From Patescibacteria group bacterium (GTDB lineage Bacteria > Patescibacteriota > Minisyncoccia > Phycocordibacterales > UBA2100): a stretch of DNA of 64,000 nucleotides. Position numbers and translations under genes: made by a program. The stretch covers positions 28,422 to 92,421 of the forward strand of contig JBBTSD010000001.1 in the NCBI GenBank assembly GCA_038064835.1, read 5' to 3'. The notes beneath the pieces are model-generated. The model searched no databases, had not been told where the DNA came from, and worked only from the letters and a program-made list of their open reading frames with translations. This document shows positions 24,001 to 26,835 of the stretch, piece by piece (position 1 is the stretch's first letter; each line of letters starts with the position of its first letter).

Positions 24001-24363
24001 AAGACCAAGGCAGAGTTCTCGGTGACTTGCACCCAGGGATCGGGAGCCACCAAGCGAGAAGCAAAGGCAACCTGCTCGATTCGTATTCGTAATGCAAATG
24101 TGCCAAAGGTGTCGCTCACCTTGTCGCCGCGCGAGCCGGCCGAAGGTGAGCGAGTAACAGCGAATTGGTTTGCGGCAAATGATTTACAATCATGCGAGCT
24201 TACGAGTCCTCAAGAAATTAGTTTGAAACAAATCGGTATTACTGGTTCCTATCTGACACCTCCTGTGCTTATTGCTCGCCCAGTGGTGCTTAACTTCAAA
24301 TGCGCTCCCAAAAATGTAGGTTCACCGTATACCCAGCAAGTGGTGGTAAGGGTAAAGGAGTAG
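1..24363 (+). CDS. Giant multidomain protein (>8,100 aa, 5' end outside window) with many enzyme/toxin-like domains and a C-terminal Pro-rich, EGF-like and Ig-like surface region
   Basis: Frame +1 has no stop from base 1 to TAG at 24361-24363, so the track start at 34 (TTG) is probably not the real start. Motifs: LSSC..H (4834-4908), ILLVEDD/LVLLD (~5485-5706), DxDH..N..DF (~7018 and ~17188), VLPAYQGLKLG (~9895), HEAEH (11059), GHSWGG (12490), GEIH..VGARHL (14524-15096), GHALEKH..DAGT (15580-15783), HGSLHPGN..DLG (20275-20352). Confidence 0.9.
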   Translation, partial: SAAFNAELSPALVKMGQIGEVAQDAVARINGQVRAEIDAAIATAGARAEGAFTEIQRSTAERVATVISRDQMLLETRIREIQAERNAWTERFTWVQRNFPRSPLVAEPLVTTGSADNPRTINYDTYMRETQRELDRLNAALQLRTAQYSTVARLTGTPLGDDIALGIVVAPTTPEGLAQQRLLNQGILADYALQQRAILGEARIARLSDAQLLGQSPVIASERAFVREASALTAGRLGELAGTIPMTQATQYEIGKNAGTIRDPGVIEYLRDQNAWYTFAGAVARGLNESLGDKGLPPLFGGGELLARVGRGITGDMLKVARYPVGSAELFQTPGQISGGVLRAGGSLALMATPLGLPGAEARAISAVAAATEARAIAVAARAATVINTPAARELAAVATRAENVAAQALARAGLTTAGGVVVRADGTIAARVIAPTAAEARVGVTAPRVVRAPAGSGALAADTGVVAPAARVSAPAPARVLGRPAAESPVGAATRIRVAEAIGSPPLRAETRVIGRGPLQAGQAPAVARPVRVVETPRPSPAPSQRFAQNTTAREIAVNRSVAPVSVNRPVGTTQSPVSAAVPRNITPVRTVSNPGSVTPRAVPSTAGPARSLVTPRSPVVLGKPPITRGFTPGNPQVAGRARPADFVSAPRQAPRVAGRQQQQAQANASRGGASANANSRSLTPDQRWAQTLEKAEVLAGSRSAPAGERAAAANAAQRMRAAGPPSGGPVPPRVSAPRTATTPAPRPPVSGSPVRNPSQTTGGPLATVPATRPATAPRSTPGSTAQGARNLAPRPVSGGQGRSLVPVSARRDVPKTASPAPRGTPGSQQIDTALKTQVPIFGGARSSPASAPRPGSPPTVRELVATRAMVRAGVASAQAAAMATHAQSIEQAFGYSSPQATLARANATDAARNSVIADTIASNLANRTGLAMVNIDGFATVVRAGAVPEAFGYMNGTRLVQSLPFVEIGATAPSVAVARPGASLAPRPVASVRPSAPAPRVAGVETIPRGTALVPVSARRDLPGAGGPTPYSIPGPRQIQVALGSQVVPRYGTVSALPVSAVRTGSPPTPTEMLAVSEITRAELFAARTAAASARASAVAGAPRTTIQAVQAANAVVSRALDVERVVVAAANRAASAAGLASVTIDGTQFIVRTGSVPEVVGYMRGTVFVQSLPFADLNAGASVAVTRPVISSAPRTTSAASAQTPPVGSTPTPTPGPSRVFTADGRFIGAPTRVVERPSPLLTDISQLPVFEANIPRNRSLAVIPPAGATGVYPTAARGSFAPAAAPSTAAPPRPTITPITSAQGQAILNYNRPVQSIETISRALGRLPQGGLAANLVADINLAQLQLSALGILVPGGGVMIRQDDGVMIARYSPSAGAYVLTPAAFGSDAPMPPEPAPRVHTLFLGGARPGAPVDLLGIPTPPEVIQEVRARAAVRAAIQGGTVPREMIPPLVALLGAPTGSFERDLEAFFIASAPSPTYTGTAIIRRSPARARAAARVNARSAALARGLAPTAPRSGLSIDDLGAGLNSLGVSAGAFTTNFVSNTVLSRSGQDIPESITGNNVQNALWGGSPAILENQGMQTVSLGGGIADAVVTGVNSEKKKTECLSSCFSVVGTGVALDGSGGISFVSHSAPPTLVEKNAVAQKALGNHIGNAIKDLLVRSVPGTARIEIFGGGFQTLPGRETPEPGSLAVYEEGKNFLEETAVQAIRQARALNPDIPLVAISRPLGPSYPGISAESPLTAVFVDTPRLTTTVFAPESLIAEGRGVAPAGATTPNSRQTLPMARSNIGAEFPQNTGALVQVIATRAAALQGQNPSPTPPQRILLVEDDARAVRGFLDAFEKLFPELPVVNKGRFSETPSAADLQAPGILVVTSAEKAQLALTAPRALSVGLVLLDNNLLDGRLGYDMVYPLIKGSQPNAVVLSTSGEGRLEQPGVGHVDKGIGFNAKKLSEALAQAGVLPTASGISQAQRGAGVLTGYRENPVTAILHARAAGANPFAPAWAQPQVGRSVLARRGQGVTDRADIPRRGSGRWGPVASNIPAVLGTAQARGALNTLGQITRGPGTSPVSSVGAGQQPSLPSQRDPRLAALATRVRAMNTIVVVNARPIPGRTTVVLDAIATLLEEVCGQVPNCRNLELFHALSGSTPDPTRIVAFDTPDGALLAAAQKFAQTFLTDAENPLSSASLRVTLPMARNIGTGFPQNTDVLIQAIAVRAAALQARNPVISATTRIQLSTAPRPGPENPITGKPDPNQVVTNEGTFFEIQNSQLTNVAVAAILDGIVAVAPPVVVDAVGVRGVFGGKRYFSPVLISANARPVSPEAIRADLAVLEVFGDTDHRFDARVNPPLVSNIGLTSDGRMYVFDFGYAQHLMMANPLDARSIDAQMAQMTPGTQALFVSKLNQLEARVSGASGLAFLSGVLGNSRGSWKTAFNFMSDAPRIGNPAAYFRDNLLDRIRQTRTVAIAINPALANLGTRGIARVALPMVRPSQLLTEAEALALLSGPPTLSAIGVSANLIEGATALIRIAQQNGGRLQNPLAQAWYEADMEARQARRFFQSVLNEQNLARGAVSLLAGNNAPPEQMRQAVAYATWIENFVQAVATNDFPNDVADTLLRELQKGERTVPVTGSVAGMLAQNTAARAARQNLPALENRWIELQRAHVSASYFIANSGPNLDPGTGVRDVSFQRSQELVRLAVESEMRQLATQIVPLRQTAALLTPSDTSFIGTLARALNPQTPRRGPGVLTGYRENPVLAARHARAAGADPFAPAWAQPQVGRGGIARRGQGVTPISPAQTPPISTEATLVRIEKMVVDALKSIREQAKGNEDVPKRLIPHIQRLTSGQGVQNSIASAVLNSVPFAELPTLTQAQVSAIALNQVARRMGPGPLSQIFAKGFGVLEKSIGAPAGSTLAGVRVIPAMPGILSPVVAQSVVPKKVSKRAINKIVRQVRTFADEPVRQETPAQTLTRLLDRVGAPLVVNEAPQQGVPAGSIVARPEFTGTYAHTVAEGARDSSQHLLSLPTIIDSFPAHQLRRALRSALQEAAARVAPTDPAKAVALQSVYRYFEGNAARVNVFNILSSDLSELAGILATSEGTVKNAVGMMVERRPRIGDAEYDGLPPTQKKQVVDQWKEIARLYLELVGSTANDQQVIAALGRMPTNDELKAMLAANPVQQTATTFATAGRTTMGRHTRAVGEEVGALNLAGGRSTTRPGQARRGPGGPVIVSAPAPQAAGAVLTGTQPVATPYTLGAMTNESKTKLVYYIENAAGDVMGAMSLVMVNADVPHVILSSLSVLPAYQGLKLGRTFLQEVKNRLVNAGIPVLLVNGIDSESPAFLMYNRSGWVDAGVGDPIQMWMVNDPRGLLTQADRTAIAQAAKQGEKGVNTTQTFALAPDGAVSIVDVPPPTSVTGVAPADPIARPLVAIQSRAPPAAIVPDTVVSDTTTAPVVMGSLGFPIMPSDGTVAGVLEGTFRKLETEMGGIPTLRSSRQFAARTALGLFVRNIANGLANAPKDELHGAVIAIAFQFRDRTLGNYPSNLSAKEIIAEMSTALNEKNPQKFASLSAWSLSQISFALDSVETFDQGRKLVNGWRAKAPDTPEGNKELFKEIFKFDATGDVFVVAGPQMLHVFPTVRADVDRAVGLTGVGAAVLAQPLVPAELGGRVVMYAPTEDVLANYPEIARHEAEHIAQFIANTSAVSNARHISFQRLLAKATEKPSEAVARTPLQSFVHLFANEGNSNQEGLIAIRARGYANAFISGALFQVSMELLSYFVADRLSGAELAERVNRPLYQDPMKELAKKEAERITGILELNIIKATLRPFTLGTFLGAPVVQATPFSLGDSLNPNRIRGRVVIPDYTFLVDEGVRVLSTLTAQGVDREVINALLSGLPVHRWNRAVSAFFAEQSFFVFEATPRDLASGQDLTAIHTPAPRAINGGAVPAASVAISTTKELADKPIDLPSADARGAEYASAPEATPSGLQRSLPPVLSFGPLNLTAPVSAPVSGLFGDEGLESVSTRGVLLESLSGSAQIARQAATTLRDTARAWVAFRRRGGQVNDVTRQQLAGSFETMPIGATSGTAPALHVVLVSGVKSSRQNLFDGAQIMYDTLAQLDSNVAVSVAYGDYTHVDTARQAFGVEHLIGEASRILSSDPNAKLVFLGHSWGGDLSALAVGVLERNPQFVGRIGLVQYASPDPRNLRPFLRAIGVGGALKRLGYTGDVRLESPVFVLNAGRDRLIRIDSSGVQGPEGVVSPRLVPQATHTQCFGPECAGIVAQAIAETARALDRPLAGESALASLGKPVTVHLSPSGNRARFPRVSQTARREVSVLLLRLVLGGADVPGANTAYSGGRRPQISPRLRGETLPPVTTVVDATPAPTGVVSGFGPSMNFLSGPLGRNRGPVFAPPDARSAAADGIPVAQLEAEQVARFDDEIDRALDIIRADSTVGSSEWDRVAALLASDDFVGKVQAAVVESGDTNGIRPAIAKELYAWGEKSGSREATNLVRRVALQIQSSFDASILAADQKAIDARLANFQTQLIKAARDGATARVLRTMTLRFVQQYSGGLESPDVRMIRNTLVEALASTRVRSRKVTERLLAPISPLPPATTPPSNREKLTKIRVATTPSGLFRAVRSALESEVFTNSRVLGVVKKIDLGSIAEGGVAGTAEILAEALTTALEPQGRAPARARYIQRVTPIIAALQTHTKTDITSAFVRAANAPRVAATPRTTRQPLTRAALQAARARAGSLQSATMNTMAQAARAVGVALVLAGAPQSAVAQEAPKAGVSVPSLVQAGIDARLFRGNDAQMVERARKAIVGNGTIIGAINVRPGVPLVYLIGEIHDSLISKKAEEIVDQILPFARNIGHEGISSEEIPAAVGGLHFGVEDLSLYRQGSFLSQMWFFLNARMGRVVNASYQDAQTAEEFVDRLTTDFWESEFGSIYKKKYEENTVDARLVETRRDARDLLVKIVQSLWNTHGPTNVDLRDELDAVNGQIRLSVINQRWAENIEKALAILPGGSAVIAVGARHLIDIPMTPSRLPEYRALIGQSIQGALAARGIGVVIILPNNYTNVSGISRIKAAIAFVEMSAVMRSTAPILAVPPTPKLVQPPTEAVRPSRTKVYERPGRFSPGNGLLPRDKAPTRPNRPTRQPLTRAALRASRERLGGVPGVTTRLSNRFAKVVAIAWRIGHGHALEKHGPTIGTIDPVVLSRIVARTMLAGITISRSPRATVYVDAESRIIVIRDRNSRSSVGVADAGTVYRLPTGSGDPVAYATEKAEEIFKNDVARAIVAEHGAEMIASGQWPVTNPSSLRNYITASMTQGVEQMTPSGARVFVDSKRNTIVRVSPGASVVATAQKFANREALQEGLAQIMGGMQVTPSPTVAIVRSQPLAPGVVEGPRSSVRLENAAFGRLAQGLSVTERTSLKQVFDTLLATNDSFRAQIHAFGQPDVTAVQRDALRPALLAQISAGNQVSATAAQRQSNPRGLVARIVDAFRYALSGMRSGNTSTTNMFGAALLEKFFTNFSARMVQTRNVVQSEQQTTSLTLSAVQPIPGTGALRRFGAAGVEVAKIFFGITPRPTSGSVFATDSFGANVPEEIPSEVIDNLPELNQTSPAIASRVILPPEVLNDGGIDSYPVSRETLVDTIGGRFHPLDTKPTSQAAQFVTAALFKGFLNVSSVVKIGDRFYSYEAPGTMAHPTAGYPAFDATKKASLEADLEILRLVMHDLDHKAPNLHNVALLEDGNYMIFDFEFSHDGFWRGWRLSIETDDRIVQRIMLTKLQRLQSFYQSDEGVALMKSVFARAGVPLEEIFENPASQGEKDASTAAFHARFMERIAIGISDLREKLGPADLSVANRALDNLVATAPRPASVDAPAPAQENDLLDRIDTTENLISALQVIVRQGQLNTADVGRIAEVSVALDNAATAMRNGNMAVAGTEVSVAEALINDLAVSKPALVAQARAAQPGRPLPAGAGVPEGTPLTKAEILGNLWYEENHSVNNPDSHNYRASVFLNGKLYSVFFLYNMSTDLDGERVLHIELIRSSGQPGVFQSLLAFVADRIIAEGATKVDWFTTASETTPNTHFDVTRLNALYSRIARFPGSTKKPRSRNTYSGFDYSVPARAFIGFLRNVGISPRGTIITPEEAKNILIDSMGRGSPTSVEVIVPEQVQATPQPAIPPAPQADAPAPVQEDRGAQGVASRFVATPKLIDERNRLAAASRGFVGRVLERARGELVPIEVGRVSIGAAGNTRISGITGYRVNDRGESFLPTAVGGSYIQIRTPRVGLMRALAEELGVAAPATPNLAPIGFAGPVPDDRARSAPAQAQDAPGSQADTIDETPISDDNSLPRIFEREIAAREQEIRERELAIPAEAPTPSLPAPRTSAEIRAAARVALPTPPAAPVLPAPVRPLPAPFRPALRTTALPSPLPAVLPPPLPPVATPLAPDRALPPPLTPEQIQASFAAPSSPLIEPAALDVISAWAAAREDADTEIARTQEEPVVLRPGVEILTTDPTRSLQVRIGSAEVPFRWNGSPEIRFAGDVRPQAVPLEGRAFPLQDYVQAIVNNEPGVSGDVTAYPISRQNNVSSVGTRGIVVATPNPKLVGKRLVITGIGVVRLLPRADGRGAEFVIEAPDPTRTYAGVHGFPSGESVDAAGNISSVFDTSPFGAYTPYELDAKIRFTQAFSPRYGIEVVAAGMYEGTQMGWFAYTLPDTVLSPEETMVADVALPGPAGRIYGAALGSLFAEIRRWHDMGIVHGSLHPGNWYVDSRTGRPTALLTDLGAASLLSDPHAEEQVAGRVPAPEITARLDSLGKMTPAEKKKFLDISTALYRNTAFVFGPRTHGLLAEQTAQGLQLESSLPIPIRGLSGAQVLYMLDLAARAMHSYLKEPATAQSLDVVRGYLVNRHQQLAVAAANRLGIYQGSNISELVHLVGLTGVPFTTATFELVEEISLDLARGQGTYVSLVTPTVESVTLEDVSVWASTRESADAELTRVQDEAVALSGLAQALRQNVATMRAAEAGMDPAGIPAWQIAQRHYESAAEVLDNAVAMGMSGGSALSEAQALMTLAGDAEKTATVATARSEANVRARDMQGFARRTLARMTGTGNLDAAIKFVTARQRALGAEQAFLAGRTADGNRLANQAEDLWVDASIIDKIGNLQKLIAEVNTLARGTPEADDIENLLLDIAREGANRVNVWVDGATSVSPAEWFDNAIRTVEPLHTRLLRDRMTQFEANVNTAVTGEIPGLVAANDNRPEIELLREQAAGLAGLMRGEADRIQQMINEGGVHPDEFALWETARVTFGRAADTFAQEVDATDVAAMSAIGREALELAQTASGFEQTARDAERTRTQPAPQKRLAERILDAVAAAGGVPESVADTAAPTEVRERLIDRIARSRAGIQVRNVYRGAQQGVEESDPQTIVEDAAGSGNSLGTSRPNAEPSLGEIIAAISADASGVGRSTTEGQNPTSSFTDTLDADDAVAARDAVATALRNSNNLDAADRTPDVVEREELNEIAFDAYTNARDLYSQARTATAESDVAQLRGFAQDAMNRGDLAAQGANSNSPNERARIRTVLDTQVGGGAGGPPPPPTGGNGGGGGNGGSSGASNDDLPTFITRKSGNGGSASNPINAGGGSGGTDDGRVRRMTQILLNLLRAIFNSEEQEQPKPLPPLPPAGDSARRDRVVPPAIPPKGPSDAVRRDFEDLARRFSPPPAPPPMPPSPDIRPGDFYPRYNLDGTIKEVVPRDGSAPRGPDTPEYDAVIADMRRRGEDARVPDGAPPAMPPAPPAPVMPPPVARPAPVAPPPATARPAADPAAPPPARRRTTADPTPAARPAGATTPRGGATPGTSPAGGPGSILPQISSLFDQLMKLFGKTPPAGAGGLGGSPLNGLGQPAVPTNPCARYPGTTLVNNRCTCATGYGWNGTRCATKNGTPAPTPGKPGPQADLGCSPEEAREGEAIVFAWSCQNSDTVSAVGFNPEGFMVDSKEGKMPKPPEGKTKAEFSVTCTQGSGATKREAKATCSIRIRNANVPKVSLTLSPREPAEGERVTANWFAANDLQSCELTSPQEISLKQIGITGSYLTPPVLIARPVVLNFKCAPKNVGSPYTQQVVVRVKE
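2413..3573 (+). repeat. Tandem ~200-aa internal duplication in the giant ORF
   Basis: LVPVSARRD...GSPPT...GLA.V.IDG...VR.G.VPE..GYM.GT..VQSLPF...SVAV.RP occurs twice, starting at ~2413 and ~3040. Confidence 0.85.
5938..8382 (+). repeat. Dispersed ~141-bp direct repeat (copies 5938-6078 and 8242-8382) in the giant ORF
   Basis: Both copies encode GVLTGYRENPV.A..HARAAGA.PFAPAWAQPQVGR...ARRGQGVT and share long identical DNA stretches, e.g. ggtgtactcactggctaccg and gcatgggcacagccacaagttggacga. Confidence 0.9.
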
Positions 24364-24444
24364 AAGCGTCTTTGTTCACAGGGCTCTCTACAGCCCTTGG
24401 AATTGTGAGATACTGATGGTAATTAGAAATTTAGTCATATTTTC

Positions 24445-26271
24445 ATGTCTCTTAAAAAAGTTGTTCTCACAGCATTTGTAGCATTGATGGTAGTAGTGCC
24501 TGCGGCAACACATGCACTTACATTGGACGAGCTACAGATACAGATTCGCGACTTGCTTGCGTTTGTAAGCAGACTTCAGGCACAGCTCGACCAGCTTCGT
24601 GGAAGTACTATTGCTCCACCAAATCCTGGCGGTCCACCGCCATCGTGTCGTGTGTGGTACGACGGATGTAATACTTGTACACGGGGCAACCCTGGTGGCA
24701 ACATGGCATGCACTGAATTAATCTGTATGCAGGCATTGGATCTTGCAGAGCGGCGCTCTTATTGCAGAGAGTACTTTGATGGTGGTGTTGTGATGCCGCC
24801 GCGCCCGCCGATTTGCAGACGCCTGCTTGATGCGGTAGGGGATCTTCCCGCTGCCGAAATTCAAGAGTTTCTCAGAGACGAGGGGATATTCAATGGCGAG
24901 CCAACAGGATTTTTTGGGGGTGTTACACAGGCGGCGCTTGGTCAGTGGCAAGAAGTAAACGGCATAGTCAATCAAGGACAGAATGGATGGGGCAATTATG
25001 GACCACGCACACGCGATGCTATTCGCAGGCGCTGTGAGGGTGGTGGCCCAAACCAAGGAGCGCTTCGCGCAAAGCCGATGCGCGGACTGGCGCCACTTCT
25101 GGTCACCTTTATGCCGGGGGTACGGGTTGCAGGTCCGACGATTGCTGATGCGCCGAGTTACAAAATAAACTTTGGTGATGGGAGTCCAGAACAAACGCTG
25201 GCATGTCCACTATCACCGCCAAGTGATACATCACTACGAGACGGCTTTTGCCAGCCGGAAGTGACACATACCTACGGAACTGCTGGAACATATACTGCGT
25301 CTCTCGTTCAATTTGGTGGCTACACGATGGGGCCACCCCACACGATTACCAAAGGTCAGGTTACGATTACGGTCGTAGGTGGCCCAGATATATGCCCTGC
25401 CGTCGAGTACCAACGGCCTATTTGTAGGGACGGGGAAATACCAACACCTGGACAACATCTTTCCGGACAATGTCCTGGTCCATGGATTTGCAAGCCAAAG
25501 GAAGACTCACAATGCAAGATGTGGGGAAGTGGATGCTCGGAATGTACTCGTGAATATCCGGGAGGCCCCGCAACATGTACGCCCACAGATGGATGCTATT
25601 CTGGGTATCAGTGCAAGAAATATTTCGATGGTGTAAATGGCAACAAACCACCAACAATCTCAAGTTTCTCTGGTCCCACGACACTCCAAAATGGAGAGTC
25701 GGGAACTTGGACGATTAATGCATCAGATCCAGAGAATGGAACATTGAGCTACGATGTAAAGTGGGGAGACGAAGTGTGGCGCAACGATGTCAATACGGCA
25801 GTTGCGCTTGCACAACCAGTCTTTACGCAAGCAACAACACTTTCACATGCATACAGTCAGCCAGGCACATACACAGTGAGTGTCATTGTACGAGATATTG
25901 CGGGGAATGTGGCACGCGCGAGTTCTACGGTGCAGGTAAGGAGCGGAGCAATTTCTCCGGCGTGTCCTGGTGCAGTGCCAAGTTCATACTGCAGTGGCTC
26001 ATGGGAACAAGTGGGTCTCGGTGTGCCCGAAGGAATTGGTGTTTGTACTGTTGGTTGGATGTGCCGTCCGACGATTTGTACGGGTGAGTACGCACCAGCC
26101 TGTGGTCGGCCTGATGGATGTGTAAATACTTGCACTGGATCTGGTCCCTGTACGAATATATGCCAAATACCCCCGCCGCAGACCTATGCAAACAAATGTG
26201 TACTTCGCTCCGCACAAGCAACCTTCCTTCATGAAGGTGCATGCAGACCAGACTCAGGAAATTGGTACTAA
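24445..26271 (+). CDS. Secreted surface protein: peptidoglycan-binding-like domain, PKD/Ig-like domains, Cys-rich protease-inhibitor-like modules
   Basis: Signal peptide ending ATHA|LT. PG-binding-like Q.FL...G...G..TGFFG..T..A...WQ...G.YGPRT. PKD-like FGDG/WGD...HTY..GTYT. DGCNTC..ACT..C module. Kazal-like CTGEYAPACG...TYANKC...HEGAC. Confidence 0.8.
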   Translation: MSLKKVVLTAFVALMVVVPAATHALTLDELQIQIRDLLAFVSRLQAQLDQLRGSTIAPPNPGGPPPSCRVWYDGCNTCTRGNPGGNMACTELICMQALDLAERRSYCREYFDGGVVMPPRPPICRRLLDAVGDLPAAEIQEFLRDEGIFNGEPTGFFGGVTQAALGQWQEVNGIVNQGQNGWGNYGPRTRDAIRRRCEGGGPNQGALRAKPMRGLAPLLVTFMPGVRVAGPTIADAPSYKINFGDGSPEQTLACPLSPPSDTSLRDGFCQPEVTHTYGTAGTYTASLVQFGGYTMGPPHTITKGQVTITVVGGPDICPAVEYQRPICRDGEIPTPGQHLSGQCPGPWICKPKEDSQCKMWGSGCSECTREYPGGPATCTPTDGCYSGYQCKKYFDGVNGNKPPTISSFSGPTTLQNGESGTWTINASDPENGTLSYDVKWGDEVWRNDVNTAVALAQPVFTQATTLSHAYSQPGTYTVSVIVRDIAGNVARASSTVQVRSGAISPACPGAVPSSYCSGSWEQVGLGVPEGIGVCTVGWMCRPTICTGEYAPACGRPDGCVNTCTGSGPCTNICQIPPPQTYANKCVLRSAQATFLHEGACRPDSGNWY

Positions 26272-26293
26272 TACCATCTCCAAAAGTACAGAT

Positions 26294-26325
26294 AAACAAA
26301 ACCCCATGTAGGGGGTTTTGTTTTT
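26294..26325. terminator. Bidirectional intrinsic terminator
   Basis: Perfect 12-bp stem aaacaaaacccc-atgtag-ggggttttgttt between convergent genes. Confidence 0.85.
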
Positions 26326-26695
26326 AGAGTGCCGCGCGGATTTTTCTTGCATTCGCAGGAAGGTCTTCCTTGGCACCTGAAACCAAGTGCGGAGCAGGAT
26401 AGAGCCAGATGTGCGCATGAGGAACTTCATTCCCCATAATTCTTGCATACACCTCGTCCGTAGAGAAAGCCTTTTGTATCGCGTGGACAATCTTTTGTGT
26501 GGTTGCGAAGTAGCTATCTCCATTTGGCACATCCCACACCCAGCGATAGTGATCTTTTGGGATAACAAGGGTGTGTCCAGGGGAAATGGGGCGAATATCA
26601 AGAAATGCGAGGAAAGTATCATCCTCAAAAACTTTCTCTGCAGGAATTTCGTTACGAATAATTTTACAAAAGACGCAGGGTGAAGAAGTTTCCAT
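26324..26695 (-). CDS. HIT family nucleotide hydrolase
   Basis: [23 protein letters not shown], and VPHAHIW (the third His of the triad is replaced by Trp). Confidence 0.9.
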   Translation of the reverse strand: METSSPCVFCKIIRNEIPAEKVFEDDTFLAFLDIRPISPGHTLVIPKDHYRWVWDVPNGDSYFATTQKIVHAIQKAFSTDEVYARIMGNEVPHAHIWLYPAPHLVSGAKEDLPANARKIRAAL

Positions 26696-26835
26696 CGGAA
26701 TAGTGTACTACCTAAAATGGTCCTCAGATAAAGAATCTATCACGCACCTTCAGACGCAAGAATACTTTCCACATGGTGGCATTTGATGAAAAATGCCGGT
26801 GCTATACTGAAAGAGCATTTTTAATTATATTTTCT

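Noticed and set aside
362-24119. Many short ORFs overlapping the giant gene (e.g. 6621-7577, 15213-15947)
   Set aside because: Shadow frames of a continuous coding frame with no independent motifs. None resembles an immunity gene.
26324-26695. HIT protein as a pseudogene because of HxHxW
   Set aside because: The ORF is full-length with the catalytic middle His retained, so it is treated as a variant.
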